Under the pieces are notes generated by a model, which was not told where the DNA came from, ran no database searches, and was given only the letters and a program-made list of their open reading frames with translations. From a virus (lineage: Duplodnaviria > Caudoviricetes), in the IMG/VR virus record IMGVR_UViG_3300020046_004224: DNA of 64,000 bases. The stretch is one strand, 5' to 3'. The stretch's first letter is position 1; each line of letters begins with the position of its first letter. Position numbers and translations under genes: made by a program. Of the stretch, positions 12,817 through 23,184 are shown piece by piece.

Positions 12817-13690
12817 AATTTATAGAACAGAAACATTGTTGTGGTCAATCATTCGGAATGAATAGTAATGGACTAGACCAGAATTTTCATTCAAAATGTT
12901 CCCGATTTCGAGGATCGCCATTCCATCGACGTTTTCCTGCTTTCCTTCGGTGGGAAAATACAGAATAAGTTTACATTGAAGAGAACGCTCTGACAGAAGC
13001 TCACGCAAAGGATGTTCAGTGTATGAATCATGGAAAGTATTTCGTACTTCATATTTCACACCATTATCATCATCTGAAATATTATCAGAGAAATACCAAC
13101 TTCCGATAATAGGATCATCAGAGGATTGAAAAAGAAAATCTAATCCATTTTCTTTGATAGTTTTTCGAGAATCACCGAAAGGGAGCCGAGGTTCTTGTGT
13201 TAAGAGCAAGTGCGTTGCAAGTCCATTAACTACACAAGAAACTAATAGCTCAGTTCCATCGTTGTCGAAATATTCAAGCACAATTCCTGAATCTTCGATT
13301 TCTCCGGTTCTGACAACTTCCTTTGTCAATGTTTGCAATCCATTTTTAAACATGGAGATTGCATCATCAAATTCATACATTTTTTTACTCATAAATTATT
13401 CTTCTTTTTTGAAATAGATAGGACTGCGGAAATGAGGGAAGTTCGGGAATTCACGATAGAATTCATCAGCAAAGATGAGTAGTGCGATGAGTAGTGTGAC
13501 TGGCGGCAATATATAACACCATACTGCTGTAGCAAAATCATTATCCAATCCCGACAATTTTCCCACCACATAATACACAAAGGTTCCGAATAATACCCAT
13601 ATGCAAATAAAAAGCCAAAATGGATATGCACAGAGAAAATTCACCAACAATGCAACAAATGCAGAGACAATAATAGTTTTTTTCATAATA

Positions 13691-14386
13691 TTACATCCGG
13701 GATGCAAAGACGGCAATCAGGGTAAAAGCGACAACCACACCAAAAGCCCACAGTAAAAAGGTTCCTACACCAGGACCGTCATCTTTTTCAGGAATAATCC
13801 TTGCATTCTGATTTACTGTTGCTGCCTGTTGCTGTGCTTGCACATAAACCGTTTGATCTTTTTGGAATGCTCCTGTTGCAATATCTGTAATTGCATCATA
13901 AATCATAAACTGACCTAGCCCGTTCATAAATCCATATCCACCTGCTTGCTGATTATATTCAATCGGCCTGCTCTGCCCGTTGTAGGTAGTTGTAGGAGGA
14001 ATGTATGCGGGCCGAGATGCTGGCGGTGTAGAAAACGTAGTTGGATATTTACTTGCATTGTTCTTTTTGAAATCTGCAATATATTCGTTTTTTGGCTTAG
14101 GTGGAGCAATTGAACGAGCCACCTGAGATTTATCAAATGCATTTTTTGGTGCAGGCGATTTTGACGGCACTGTTGCAGAGGGTTTTGAACTGCTTGAAAA
14201 TCCAGTCGAAGGTTTTGAGACACTTGGACTTGGAGTACTGCGACTGAATGAACTGCTGGATGATCGTCCAGAAGAGGAGGATGACGAACGACCTGATGAA
14301 AAGCCGCCTTTAGCGGTTAGATCAGAACAAGGCAGAAGTGCAAGGAGTGCAACTGCAAGGAAATTAATGAGGCTTTTTGTTTTCAT
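13691..14386 (-). CDS. Exported Ser/Pro-rich protein with a C-terminal TM anchor
   Basis: Signal peptide, GGFSSGRSSSS low-complexity tract, C-terminal hydrophobic helix. Confidence 0.6.
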   Translation of the reverse strand: MKTKSLINFLAVALLALLPCSDLTAKGGFSSGRSSSSSSGRSSSSSFSRSTPSPSVSKPSTGFSSSSKPSATVPSKSPAPKNAFDKSQVARSIAPPKPKNEYIADFKKNNASKYPTTFSTPPASRPAYIPPTTTYNGQSRPIEYNQQAGGYGFMNGLGQFMIYDAITDIATGAFQKDQTVYVQAQQQAATVNQNARIIPEKDDGPGVGTFLLWAFGVVVAFTLIAVFASRM

Positions 14387-15023
14387 TTTATGTTTGTTTT
14401 GTTTTATGTTTCTATCAGAGGACTCAATCTATAACACTATCGACATTAGTCAACACAAATTCAGGGGGATTTATAGGACCATACCAATAATCTGTAAACT
14501 CTTCCAAGGATTTATTGGCCCATTTATCACGTTGCATAGAATCATTAGGATAATTTAATGCAGCATAATTTACCATGTTCCGTTTGCGCTCAGACGGCGA
14601 TTCGTACATGGTTTTTAAAAATTGTAAACTATAAATATTCAGTTCAACAATTTTCGCCTTTGAAGATTTACCTTCCTTTTTCCAATATGATCCTTCGATC
14701 TCTGGTAATTTTGTAGTCCAGTTCATTCAGGGATTTCCTCTCCAGTATCTTTGCGAAAAGTCCAACCACCAAACCAACAACGTGCATAAACAATACCTTT
14801 ATCTGTTTCAATACGATAAAACTTTGCATCCTTAACAGGAAAAAACGGTCCATTCAAAAAGAAGGTCTGTTCTATTTTATCAACCTTATAACCGCGTTGT
14901 TCAATTTCATTAATACAATTATCATTATAATGTTTCTCGCATGTTGATACACATGTACCAACCAAAAATGTAAACACAAATATTAACAACATTGTGATGA
15001 CATCATTTAATCTAAACAATGAT

Positions 15024-15716
15024 TTAGAGTTTGCCATATTTTTCTAAAAGTTTATCCAGTTTATTATGGAGTTTAATGTTTTCATCCAAAAGTTTATCAA
15101 TGCGATCATCATTAATAAATTTTGAAACAATAAAACCGGTAAAGCTGGCATATAATCCAACTCCACCAATCATCACAAAACCTGCAAAGAATCGCCCCAT
15201 ATCAGAAACAGGAAATCTATCTCCGTAGCCGATAGTTGTAATTGTCGCCATTGCCCACCAGATCGAATCAGAAAGATTCTTGATGTTAGCACCTTCGACA
15301 TGCTTTTCACAATTGAAAACTCCGATTGTTGCGAATGCAATAAATGCAATGGAAATTATACAAACATCGAAAAATTTACTCGTTTTCGTGCAGGTATGAA
15401 AATAATCATGAATATATTTTACAGCTTTCAATGCGCGGAAGAATCTAATAACAGTGTGGTACTGAATCCATATTGCATTTGTAAACGGAATGCACAGAAG
15501 TAAATCAACCCATCCCCATTTCAAATATTTTGAACTAAATTTTTGTGTGCGCCACTTATCAACCCAGTCGGAAATATAAAAAATACAAACAAATGTATCA
15601 AATTGATTCAACCAGGAATACGTATCAGGCGAAAGCTTATAGAATGTCTGCCATCCAATTGAAAAAAACAAAAGGAATGAAAGAAAACAACAAAATTTAG
15701 AAAGAGGAGTTGTCAT
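15024..15716 (-). CDS. Potassium channel (6TM-like ion transporter)
   Basis: Pore WWAMATITTIGYGD with the GYG filter; S4-like IRFFRALKAVK; several TM helices. Confidence 0.9.
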   Translation of the reverse strand: MTTPLSKFCCFLSFLLFFSIGWQTFYKLSPDTYSWLNQFDTFVCIFYISDWVDKWRTQKFSSKYLKWGWVDLLLCIPFTNAIWIQYHTVIRFFRALKAVKYIHDYFHTCTKTSKFFDVCIISIAFIAFATIGVFNCEKHVEGANIKNLSDSIWWAMATITTIGYGDRFPVSDMGRFFAGFVMIGGVGLYASFTGFIVSKFINDDRIDKLLDENIKLHNKLDKLLEKYGKL

Positions 15717-17748
15717 ATATTATTGCCAGTCAATTTTTATAGTTCCAATACCTATACACATCATCTCCGAATGAGTAATAAAAAATTCTATCTTTCAAGT
15801 CTGCTCTAAATGTATTGAATTTTTTATCTATGAAATTTTTGTCATAGTTATGACGGTATTCAGTTCTAAGCACTATCTCATTTTTTTCATCAAGTGTGTG
15901 GTCAAATATGAAAAATTTTGTCGTATAATAAGAATTTTGATATTTGCCGATACGTTCATGATATTCGGGTTCTTCTACATCGACAATTGAAATTGTCGAA
16001 ATTTTTGAATCTTTATAAAAGTTTTTATATAGTATATTATCCGCATATGGTGCGATAATTATCAGGACTCCAAAAAACAACGGAATCGTTATACATGCAA
16101 CAATTACACCACAACCGATAATGTTGTGTTTTACACCGTGCCATTTATACATGAATGAGTTTTTCATATTTTATTAGTTTTTAGATTCTGAGACAGATAT
16201 ACGGTTTTCATACTCTGTCAAGAAATAGTTGATCAAACTTTCAGGAACGCCTTTCTTTTTACATGCATCTTCAAACGTCTTACGGGTTTTATAATGATTT
16301 GACAGCGAAGCGCCATAATAACTATTCGTGGTAGTTAGTGCTTTGTCGCCTTTTTCAGATGCATTGTTTACGCCAAACATAGGACGTTCCGCTTCCACAT
16401 CTGTAAAGAATAATCCAAACCAAGGACGAATACAAACCCATTCATGTCCTTTGTACCCGTAATGACCCCTACATTCGATGGAGAACTTTCCATTTGGATA
16501 TTTGAGAGGTTTTACTTCCGTAGATACCTTGTATTCTATATTATTAACTTCGTCAAGGTTAGCCCAAAACCGAATACTAGCCTTACCCTTAACGGGAGTG
16601 TATCGAAATGTTACAGAGGAAAAGTCTTTGGCACCTGCTCGGATATAAATCCGTTCAACTGTAAGTTTTGAGTCCTTTGGAATGGTATGTGTGAAACGAA
16701 CTGCCCCTTTTCCGTAATAACCCTCGTAGTGTTTATTTAAAAATTTATAAAAACTCTTGTTCCTTATCTCTGGATAAATCGTAACAGTCCACGGCGATGT
16801 TAATACTAATGGAGTCCCAAGTTCAGGAATAAAGAGTTTCATAAAAATTTCCGATAAGATTATTTTGGTTTAATTAGTTATAGTACTTCTTTTGCAAGTT
16901 CATCAAGTCGTTTCATTCCGCCGATTTCTGCAAATCGTTCATCGGAAAAATCACCATATTCGACAACTTTATTTACGAGTTCCGATATTACCATCTTGGC
17001 GGCATCCCTGCCCGATTTCAACGATGTATAGAAATAGTAAATCTCAAATGCATCATAAACAATACCGAGTAGTTTTAGAACTCTATCATATTTTGAGATA
17101 TAATTACCTGTACCACATGCTAACATTTGAAAATGTGTTCTATCGCCTTCTGGCAACATGCTTTTTGCATATTTGTTCCAAAATTCAGTAAATGCTTCTC
17201 GGGTTTTAAATTCGATGCAAAATGTTTCTGTTCTCATTATTTTATTCCTTTGAGTAATTCATTATCTTCTGGTGAGGATGCTAATCCAAGGGATTCGCTC
17301 TTTCCATATACACCTGATTGATTAATAAATCCAGCGGAAACTGGTGTTCGTGTCAATCTTTTCCAATTTCCCCAGGACTTGTCACGCATTCTTTCGATAT
17401 TTTCTGCCATGACATCATGGTTAACGGTTTCTGGAAAAATGAAAATTTCTCGAAGATTATCTGCATCAACTGTCACGATATACTTCATAAATTATGCACT
17501 TCCGTATCGAAAGGATTTCCATCCATCACGAGATTTAATAAAGCCGAGTTCAGCTAGAAGGTTAACATCCTCTTCTGAAATGTCAATATCGTCGTATCCA
17601 CAAATCCACAATTCCACAATTCATCGTGTTCACAATGAGTGGGATAATGAACATCTTTGTATTTCAGAAAGATGTTTAGTGCTTTAATCAAATTACTCAT
17701 TTTAGGATGTCTAGTTGAATATTTCTTGTAAAATATTTCTTTGAAAAT

Positions 17749-17824
17749 TGGCGTCCCCTGATGGAATCAAACCACCGTCTGAAAATTTCACAACTTTCTG
17801 TCCTAATCACTAGACGAAGGGGAC
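17749..17824 (-). tRNA. tRNA with a Glu-type body and an aberrant 8-nt anticodon loop (TTGTGAAA)
   Basis: GTCCCCT-TC-GTCTAG...AGGAC; GAAAG-TTGTGAAA-TTTTC; GGTGG-TTTGATT-CCATC; AGGGGAC-G-CCA. Confidence 0.8.
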
Positions 17825-17930
17825 TTTTGTTTATTCTTTACTCATGTAACTGTCGTAGAACTCTATCATTTCTTTCAGTTTAGTCAAGCTGAAATATGCA
17901 TCACCGATCTTAATTTCTGTCGGAACTTAA

Positions 17931-18401
17931 TTAGAAACCCAAAAGCATCTCTACTAAACTCCTCCGGTATTTTGTGGTTGGGCCATTTATGGTATGTTTC
18001 ATTCTTTCATGTCTCTGTTCCGCCTTTTGATTAGATTCTTTTAGAATTGAATCTGGCGGACTATTAATATCATTTCTTCCATTTAGAATTGCATCAACAG
18101 ACCATTTAATGTGTGGATATGAATAACAATTTTCATTATCAATCATATTTTCATCCAAATACATCAGCACTTCTGGGGAAATATGACGTATGTCAAATTC
18201 CTCATCGTCTTCCAGAATAAGAATATCATCTCTGTTACTAATAAGGTTGGGGGAAATTAAAATACTATAATCATCTTCTCCAGTATCTTCCTCTTCCTCC
18301 ACTCCAGGATTAGTACAATGAAATTCTATTTCATATTGCGGTTCTCTGTTGACCAGTATCAAATCGGCATCAAAATATCCAGCAGGTGTTTTCAATTTCA
18401 T
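17931..18401 (-). CDS. Acidic hypothetical protein downstream of the RT locus
   Basis: 156-aa ORF with its own TTGTCT-16-TATAAT promoter at about 18434-18461. Confidence 0.6.
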   Translation of the reverse strand: MKLKTPAGYFDADLILVNREPQYEIEFHCTNPGVEEEEDTGEDDYSILISPNLISNRDDILILEDDEEFDIRHISPEVLMYLDENMIDNENCYSYPHIKWSVDAILNGRNDINSPPDSILKESNQKAEQRHERMKHTINGPTTKYRRSLVEMLLGF

Positions 18402-18465
18402 AATTTATTCTTTATGTTGTTCGTAACAGGATTATTATACATCAACTACCAACTAAGACAAGTCA

Positions 18466-18635
18466 TTTCTTCAAAGGTTATACACATCTTACACATGATT
18501 ATCCGATTTCAGAGAGACTTGTGTCTCTGAAAAATTGAGGATAATTCTCTTTATGAAATAATCAACGATTTATATGACGATGCATCACAATCTCCTATTT
18601 CGATTCTGTAAAAATATGTATAACTTTTGAAGAAA
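18466..18635 (-). ncRNA. Putative retron msr-msd RNA, copy 2 (downstream of the RT)
   Basis: About 28-bp a1/a2 inverted repeat (18466-18493 with 18607-18635). An unpaired G (18606) follows the stem, then a conserved TGCATCG-capped msr-like stem and a long msd-like hairpin (18498-18545). Confidence 0.75.
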
Positions 18636-18636
18636 A

Positions 18637-19920
18637 TTAACAATAAGATACAGAGTAGCCTTTTTTACCTTCTGCGTCGATACTTTCTCTTGCTCGTAGA
18701 TTATCCATATAAGGTTTCCCGATACAATGTTTCATTTTAACATGACCCTTGACAAACTCGCCCCGAGCACATCGATGAATTGGAAGTATTCCATAAGTTT
18801 GTAATTCTTGCATCAATTTTTCAATTGCAAAATTAGACTCTCCGTATAATCTATCGTAATATGTTTTTCCTGATGTCGTTGTATGGATCAACGTACGCGC
18901 TTTAAATGTCGGACGAGTGAATCCGTACTCTGTCTTCTCTGCACCCGATAGCAAGCCTGCAATGCGTGTTCCTGGGAGATATACCCAAAATGCGGCATGA
19001 CGATGGTATTCACCATAAGGATGATACATACATGAGCGCCAATTTGTTGCCCAATTCGACAATCCAAGAATCTGAACTGGATCACCTGAAATAATAACAT
19101 TTTCTGAAATCTTTTCTGAAATCTTTTCAGGAACGACACGAACAAGGATTCGACGAATTTCCCACCCTTTACATAGTTCATTCATCTTTCCCTGATCAAT
19201 TTTATTTGATTTGTCGGATGGTTCTTTGAGCTTTGTCCACTCCGTCAATCCACGAATTGAGTTTCTATTCTTTTGATGAATTGCTGCACGCAGTTTTCTC
19301 CGAACACTTCTAGTTGGTTTAATTTCGGTTTCACCAACAGAAACACCTGTGATGATTCTATTTCCAAACCGTGCATCTTGTAGCCAAGTTTTTGATTTAT
19401 TCAAAATAAATCCACATCGTCCTACAATCTGAGGGATAGCCAGTTTCAGGAATTTTTCATTTTCAAAATCATTGAAGGAGAAACATAGATCATCGGCATA
19501 ACGAGTGAACACAATTCCTTTATCTTTAATCTTCTTTTTGATTGCCACATCCATGTCAATTGCAGCAATATTTGCAATGATCGGAGAGGTAGGCAATCCT
19601 TGATATGCTCTACCATCGGGCATAAGCGCAGAGATTTGTTCCTCTGTAATCTTACCTTTCAGTTGAGAAGGTTTAACGGTGTCAAAGAAATTCGATAGAT
19701 CGAACTTCAAGGTGTACTTATAACCAATATGCATTTTTGCATTGGTTACAGGACTTTTTTTATTTAAAAATCCATGAACGATTTCTTTATCACATACCAA
19801 TCCAGCCTTTGTATTAAGTGCTGGTAGATGTATTCTAAATGCTCGTTTTTCTGCATCAGTCGGAATACAGATTTCTCGGAATTCTCCTTTTTTCTTTTTT
19901 GGAATTTTAACAAGATTCAT
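18637..19920 (-). CDS. Retron-type reverse transcriptase with a fused C-terminal domain
   Basis: IPKK..G..R.I..P, HGF, retron region X NAKMH, DLSNFFDTV, QGLPTSP..ANI, YADD, region Y ITG; about 190-aa C-terminal extension. Confidence 0.92.
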   Translation of the reverse strand: MNLVKIPKKKKGEFREICIPTDAEKRAFRIHLPALNTKAGLVCDKEIVHGFLNKKSPVTNAKMHIGYKYTLKFDLSNFFDTVKPSQLKGKITEEQISALMPDGRAYQGLPTSPIIANIAAIDMDVAIKKKIKDKGIVFTRYADDLCFSFNDFENEKFLKLAIPQIVGRCGFILNKSKTWLQDARFGNRIITGVSVGETEIKPTRSVRRKLRAAIHQKNRNSIRGLTEWTKLKEPSDKSNKIDQGKMNELCKGWEIRRILVRVVPEKISEKISENVIISGDPVQILGLSNWATNWRSCMYHPYGEYHRHAAFWVYLPGTRIAGLLSGAEKTEYGFTRPTFKARTLIHTTTSGKTYYDRLYGESNFAIEKLMQELQTYGILPIHRCARGEFVKGHVKMKHCIGKPYMDNLRARESIDAEGKKGYSVSYC

Positions 19921-19940
19921 ATATTAAAACCAACCTTTAA

Positions 19941-20129
19941 GTTTAATGATCAATTCACTTTGAACGATAGACGTTATATCCGTTATTGTAATTTGGACTG
20001 AGAGTATCGAGGGAAAAGTACAATATGAGGATATTGAGTCTTATAGTGAAAATCCCCTTGTGGTTTTATCATAGAGTTATCTAGCGATGCACTAGACTCT
20101 CAAAAACCGATTTCTGAACGACATTAAAC
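19941..20129 (-). ncRNA. Putative retron msr-msd RNA, copy 1 (upstream of the RT)
   Basis: Imperfect a1/a2 repeat GTTTAATGTCGTTCA / TGAATTGATCATTAAAC. G at 20114 follows the stem. The msr-like core is homologous to copy 2, with compensatory changes. Confidence 0.7.
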
Positions 20130-20155
20130 ATTACGCCAACCCAACTAACCGTCAA
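20128..20155 (-). promoter_or_regulatory. Sigma70-like promoter for the RT operon
   Basis: TTGACG-16-TAATGT, the same style as other promoters in the window. Confidence 0.55.
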
Positions 20156-20156
20156 C

Positions 20157-21314
20157 TTAAAAATATCTTTCTTTTGTCATATGGTGGTTTGGCGGACCAT
20201 CATATTGTTCGTGTTCATTTTCAAAATCTTCCCATTCGGCATCTGTCATATCGGCAATGTTCCTTTTTCGACCATTTACATGAACTTGGTAATCGCCGCC
20301 ATTTTCTATTTCATCAATTACTGCCTGATTCTTTTTTTCCAATAGTGTAATATACTCATCATATGTTTCCGCCTGATCGAGTTGTTGGTCAATCATTTCT
20401 TTGTAACCGAGAAGTAATGTTTGTTCCGGCTCCTCTTCCTCTGCCTCTTCTGGCACACCGGTAAGATTTCCGTGCTTATCAAATTTCTGCCACCATGCGT
20501 CATATGCTTTATGATCATATGTTTGTGTATGATGTTGAGCCGTTTTCCATGAGCGGACAAAATGGAACGGATAAACCTTTTCCATAGTTTCGCACATTTC
20601 GAGCATCATATTACATACATTTTCCAAATCATTCAGGCTAATGTATTCGCTGTCAGTATGTGGAAGATAATAACCCGCCGACATATTTGCAACTGATACA
20701 CCTACATCTTGATCACGAAGAGATTCCACATCGGTCATCATACCTTTAACCATTTTATATCCAAATTTCTTCAAAATGGGTCGGACATCTTCAATAAATG
20801 CCTCTGACGACAGGGGACCACAAATGTCATAGACGAAATCATTATTTCCCCGTCTGTCTGCTTGAATAACAAAACGGCAATTGTTGAAGAAATCGATATT
20901 TGCCTGAGAACTTCCAACACAACCAATTTCTTCATCCACAAAGAATGCGACCTTACATTCAGGCAAAATTTCAAGACAGTGTAATGCTGCATAAATGCCA
21001 CATTTATCATCTCCGCCGATTCCCGTCAAACGATGTGTATCTGGATTGATTCCGAATACCACATCTGGATTACTAATTGAATGTGCTACTTCAATTCCTC
21101 CTTTGGTAATATTATGAACCGTATCCATATGAGCAACAATACATGGATATGTATCAGCAGTTCCCTTGGTAATATAGAGATTATCCATATTATCTAGTTC
21201 AATCTCATATCCTTTGGATAACACATAATCAAATAGATAATTTTGCATATCTCCACATTGACGAGAATGTGATTGGATTTCGAGAATTTTGAATAGTAGT
21301 TGTTTATTGATCAT
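20157..21314 (-). CDS. M20/M28-family zinc peptidase-like protein
   Basis: AHMDTVH, GGDDKCG, DEEIGCVGS, DRRG, GYYLPHTDSE metal-ligand motifs. Confidence 0.85.
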   Translation of the reverse strand: MINKQLLFKILEIQSHSRQCGDMQNYLFDYVLSKGYEIELDNMDNLYITKGTADTYPCIVAHMDTVHNITKGGIEVAHSISNPDVVFGINPDTHRLTGIGGDDKCGIYAALHCLEILPECKVAFFVDEEIGCVGSSQANIDFFNNCRFVIQADRRGNNDFVYDICGPLSSEAFIEDVRPILKKFGYKMVKGMMTDVESLRDQDVGVSVANMSAGYYLPHTDSEYISLNDLENVCNMMLEMCETMEKVYPFHFVRSWKTAQHHTQTYDHKAYDAWWQKFDKHGNLTGVPEEAEEEEPEQTLLLGYKEMIDQQLDQAETYDEYITLLEKKNQAVIDEIENGGDYQVHVNGRKRNIADMTDAEWEDFENEHEQYDGPPNHHMTKERYF

Positions 21315-22942
21315 TATAGTGTGTTATCTGTATTTGTTGGTTGAAGTGTATTAGTATCGATATTGTTGAGAATTGCCGTTGCATCATCTAGATCATCTTG
21401 AATCGAACGACGTGATCCAAAATTGGTTCCCCAAAAGCTTCTAACATATTCGTCAAGACCGCTTGTATTGTAGCTATCGTGATAAGACGTTTTATAAAGT
21501 TTATATTTAAGTTCATTAAGTTCGGAACGTGATGCATCACCGAGCTTGAACTTATACCCTTCACCAACTTTGTCAATCTTTTTCGGCGGAGGTTCAGAGT
21601 AATAAAGAGATGCATATTTTTTATGAACCGTCTTTTCGTCACCAGTTGAGGTATATACTTTAACAGCTTCGTGTTTCAGAATATAATTACCACTGTATGC
21701 ACAAGTTACTAAATTACTTTTGAGATAATGTTTTTTGTTGATTTTTTTAAGTCGGTCATCGCGATAATAATAGTGTTGTTTATCATCTTCACAGACAATA
21801 ACATATGAACTATTTTTCTCAAAATAGATATTATCATACAAAACACATGTATCTGGATGCACATAGCTACCATGATAGGATTTCACATATCCTCTTTTAT
21901 ATCCATTATCTTGCCGACTCATGCTAGTTCTGTCATAAGAAAATCGTGAGAAACATTCAAACCATTTACTCATCAGAAACTTGTCATCGCAATCGCCGTA
22001 TCTAAAAGTATCAATATAAGGATAGTCATCTATGTCGTCTAATTTTGTACCTTTTTTGGGTTTAGTCTTGAGAAAACAGTCGTTAACAGAATACCGCGTG
22101 TCCCCAAGTCGAAACTCATTACCACTATTTGCTGATCGGTGTAACATGCCATGATTATTAGCATATTGAAGAAATGCTTCCTGGCATTCCACAGTATTGG
22201 CATAAATCCTATCCATGAATACATGGTTAGAAACAACAATTTCCGAGTGTCCTGACTTTGTATGGATCAAATCGACATCATTCCAGATAATTGCACGTCC
22301 AACAAGTTTTCCATCGAGTTTTCGACGTGCAACGAGAGGAAAACAATCAAACTTCGTATAAAAAGGCTTTACATCTTTCTTAGACATGCACGATCCTGTT
22401 TCACGAATAAAATTGCTATCATCATAGGCAACGGGAAACGTAGATTGTTCAAAAATCAGTTCTTCTGCATCCTCAAATGTTTTAAACTTAGTTGCAAATA
22501 ATGCAAAATGTTTATCATTCAGGCGTTTAACCAATCGCGGATTGAGAAATTCACGGGCGAAACGTGCAGGCTTACAGGTTTGTCTTCCGACCCGTGACCA
22601 TTTATTATCATCGGTCAATTGGATTGTTTTACCGAAAGGGGTGAAAGAAATCAGTCCTTTTGTCTCACGACACGAAACATAGTTGACATGTTTTTTACTT
22701 ACATAGTTTTGCCATACCCGTGTTTGCAACAAAAGTTTAGATACGATACATCCCTCTTTTGCAAATGTATCAATCATTGTAGTAAAATTATTTGCAAATG
22801 TCACATTACTATATTGATTGTATGGAGAATCAACAAACGAGTATGTGACAGGGATATTGTCGAAATATAACCTCGGATGTTTCCTTGTATAAATAATTCG
22901 AGTTTTTGGTAATTCCTGTCCTAATTTACTAAAGATGGTCAT
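21314..22942 (-). CDS. Uncharacterised phage protein, SCM/RAxxW/DRxY/PYxD family
   Basis: GSCMS...GRAIIW...MDRIY...PYIDTF; paralog of 40089-41498. Confidence 0.6.
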   Translation of the reverse strand: MTIFSKLGQELPKTRIIYTRKHPRLYFDNIPVTYSFVDSPYNQYSNVTFANNFTTMIDTFAKEGCIVSKLLLQTRVWQNYVSKKHVNYVSCRETKGLISFTPFGKTIQLTDDNKWSRVGRQTCKPARFAREFLNPRLVKRLNDKHFALFATKFKTFEDAEELIFEQSTFPVAYDDSNFIRETGSCMSKKDVKPFYTKFDCFPLVARRKLDGKLVGRAIIWNDVDLIHTKSGHSEIVVSNHVFMDRIYANTVECQEAFLQYANNHGMLHRSANSGNEFRLGDTRYSVNDCFLKTKPKKGTKLDDIDDYPYIDTFRYGDCDDKFLMSKWFECFSRFSYDRTSMSRQDNGYKRGYVKSYHGSYVHPDTCVLYDNIYFEKNSSYVIVCEDDKQHYYYRDDRLKKINKKHYLKSNLVTCAYSGNYILKHEAVKVYTSTGDEKTVHKKYASLYYSEPPPKKIDKVGEGYKFKLGDASRSELNELKYKLYKTSYHDSYNTSGLDEYVRSFWGTNFGSRRSIQDDLDDATAILNNIDTNTLQPTNTDNTL

Positions 22943-23184
22943 GGGATATTTTTAATTCTGTAGTAGCTTGTTAGATGTGAATGTCCTGTCTTTACACTTT
23001 TGCAGAGAATTTCCCCGTTGTCAATATCAATTAACAGTTCGGGACGGAAATTATTTAATTTTCTAATGTTATTTGCAGTATGGTGTTGTGCGCAAGTTTC
23101 TAAAAATTTACAATCAGGAGAAAGACATTCCGATTCGGTGTTTAATTGAATGGAATTCATTGTTTAATAGTATAAGTAATTCGT

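Noticed and set aside
17749-17824. Ordinary tRNA-His(GTG)
   Set aside because: It has no G-1 or C73, the body is Glu-like and the loop is 8 nt.
18637-19920. DGR or group II intron RT
   Set aside because: It has retron-specific NAxxH and ITG motifs. I saw no TR/VR adenine-variant repeat pair, no maturase domain and no intron domain V.
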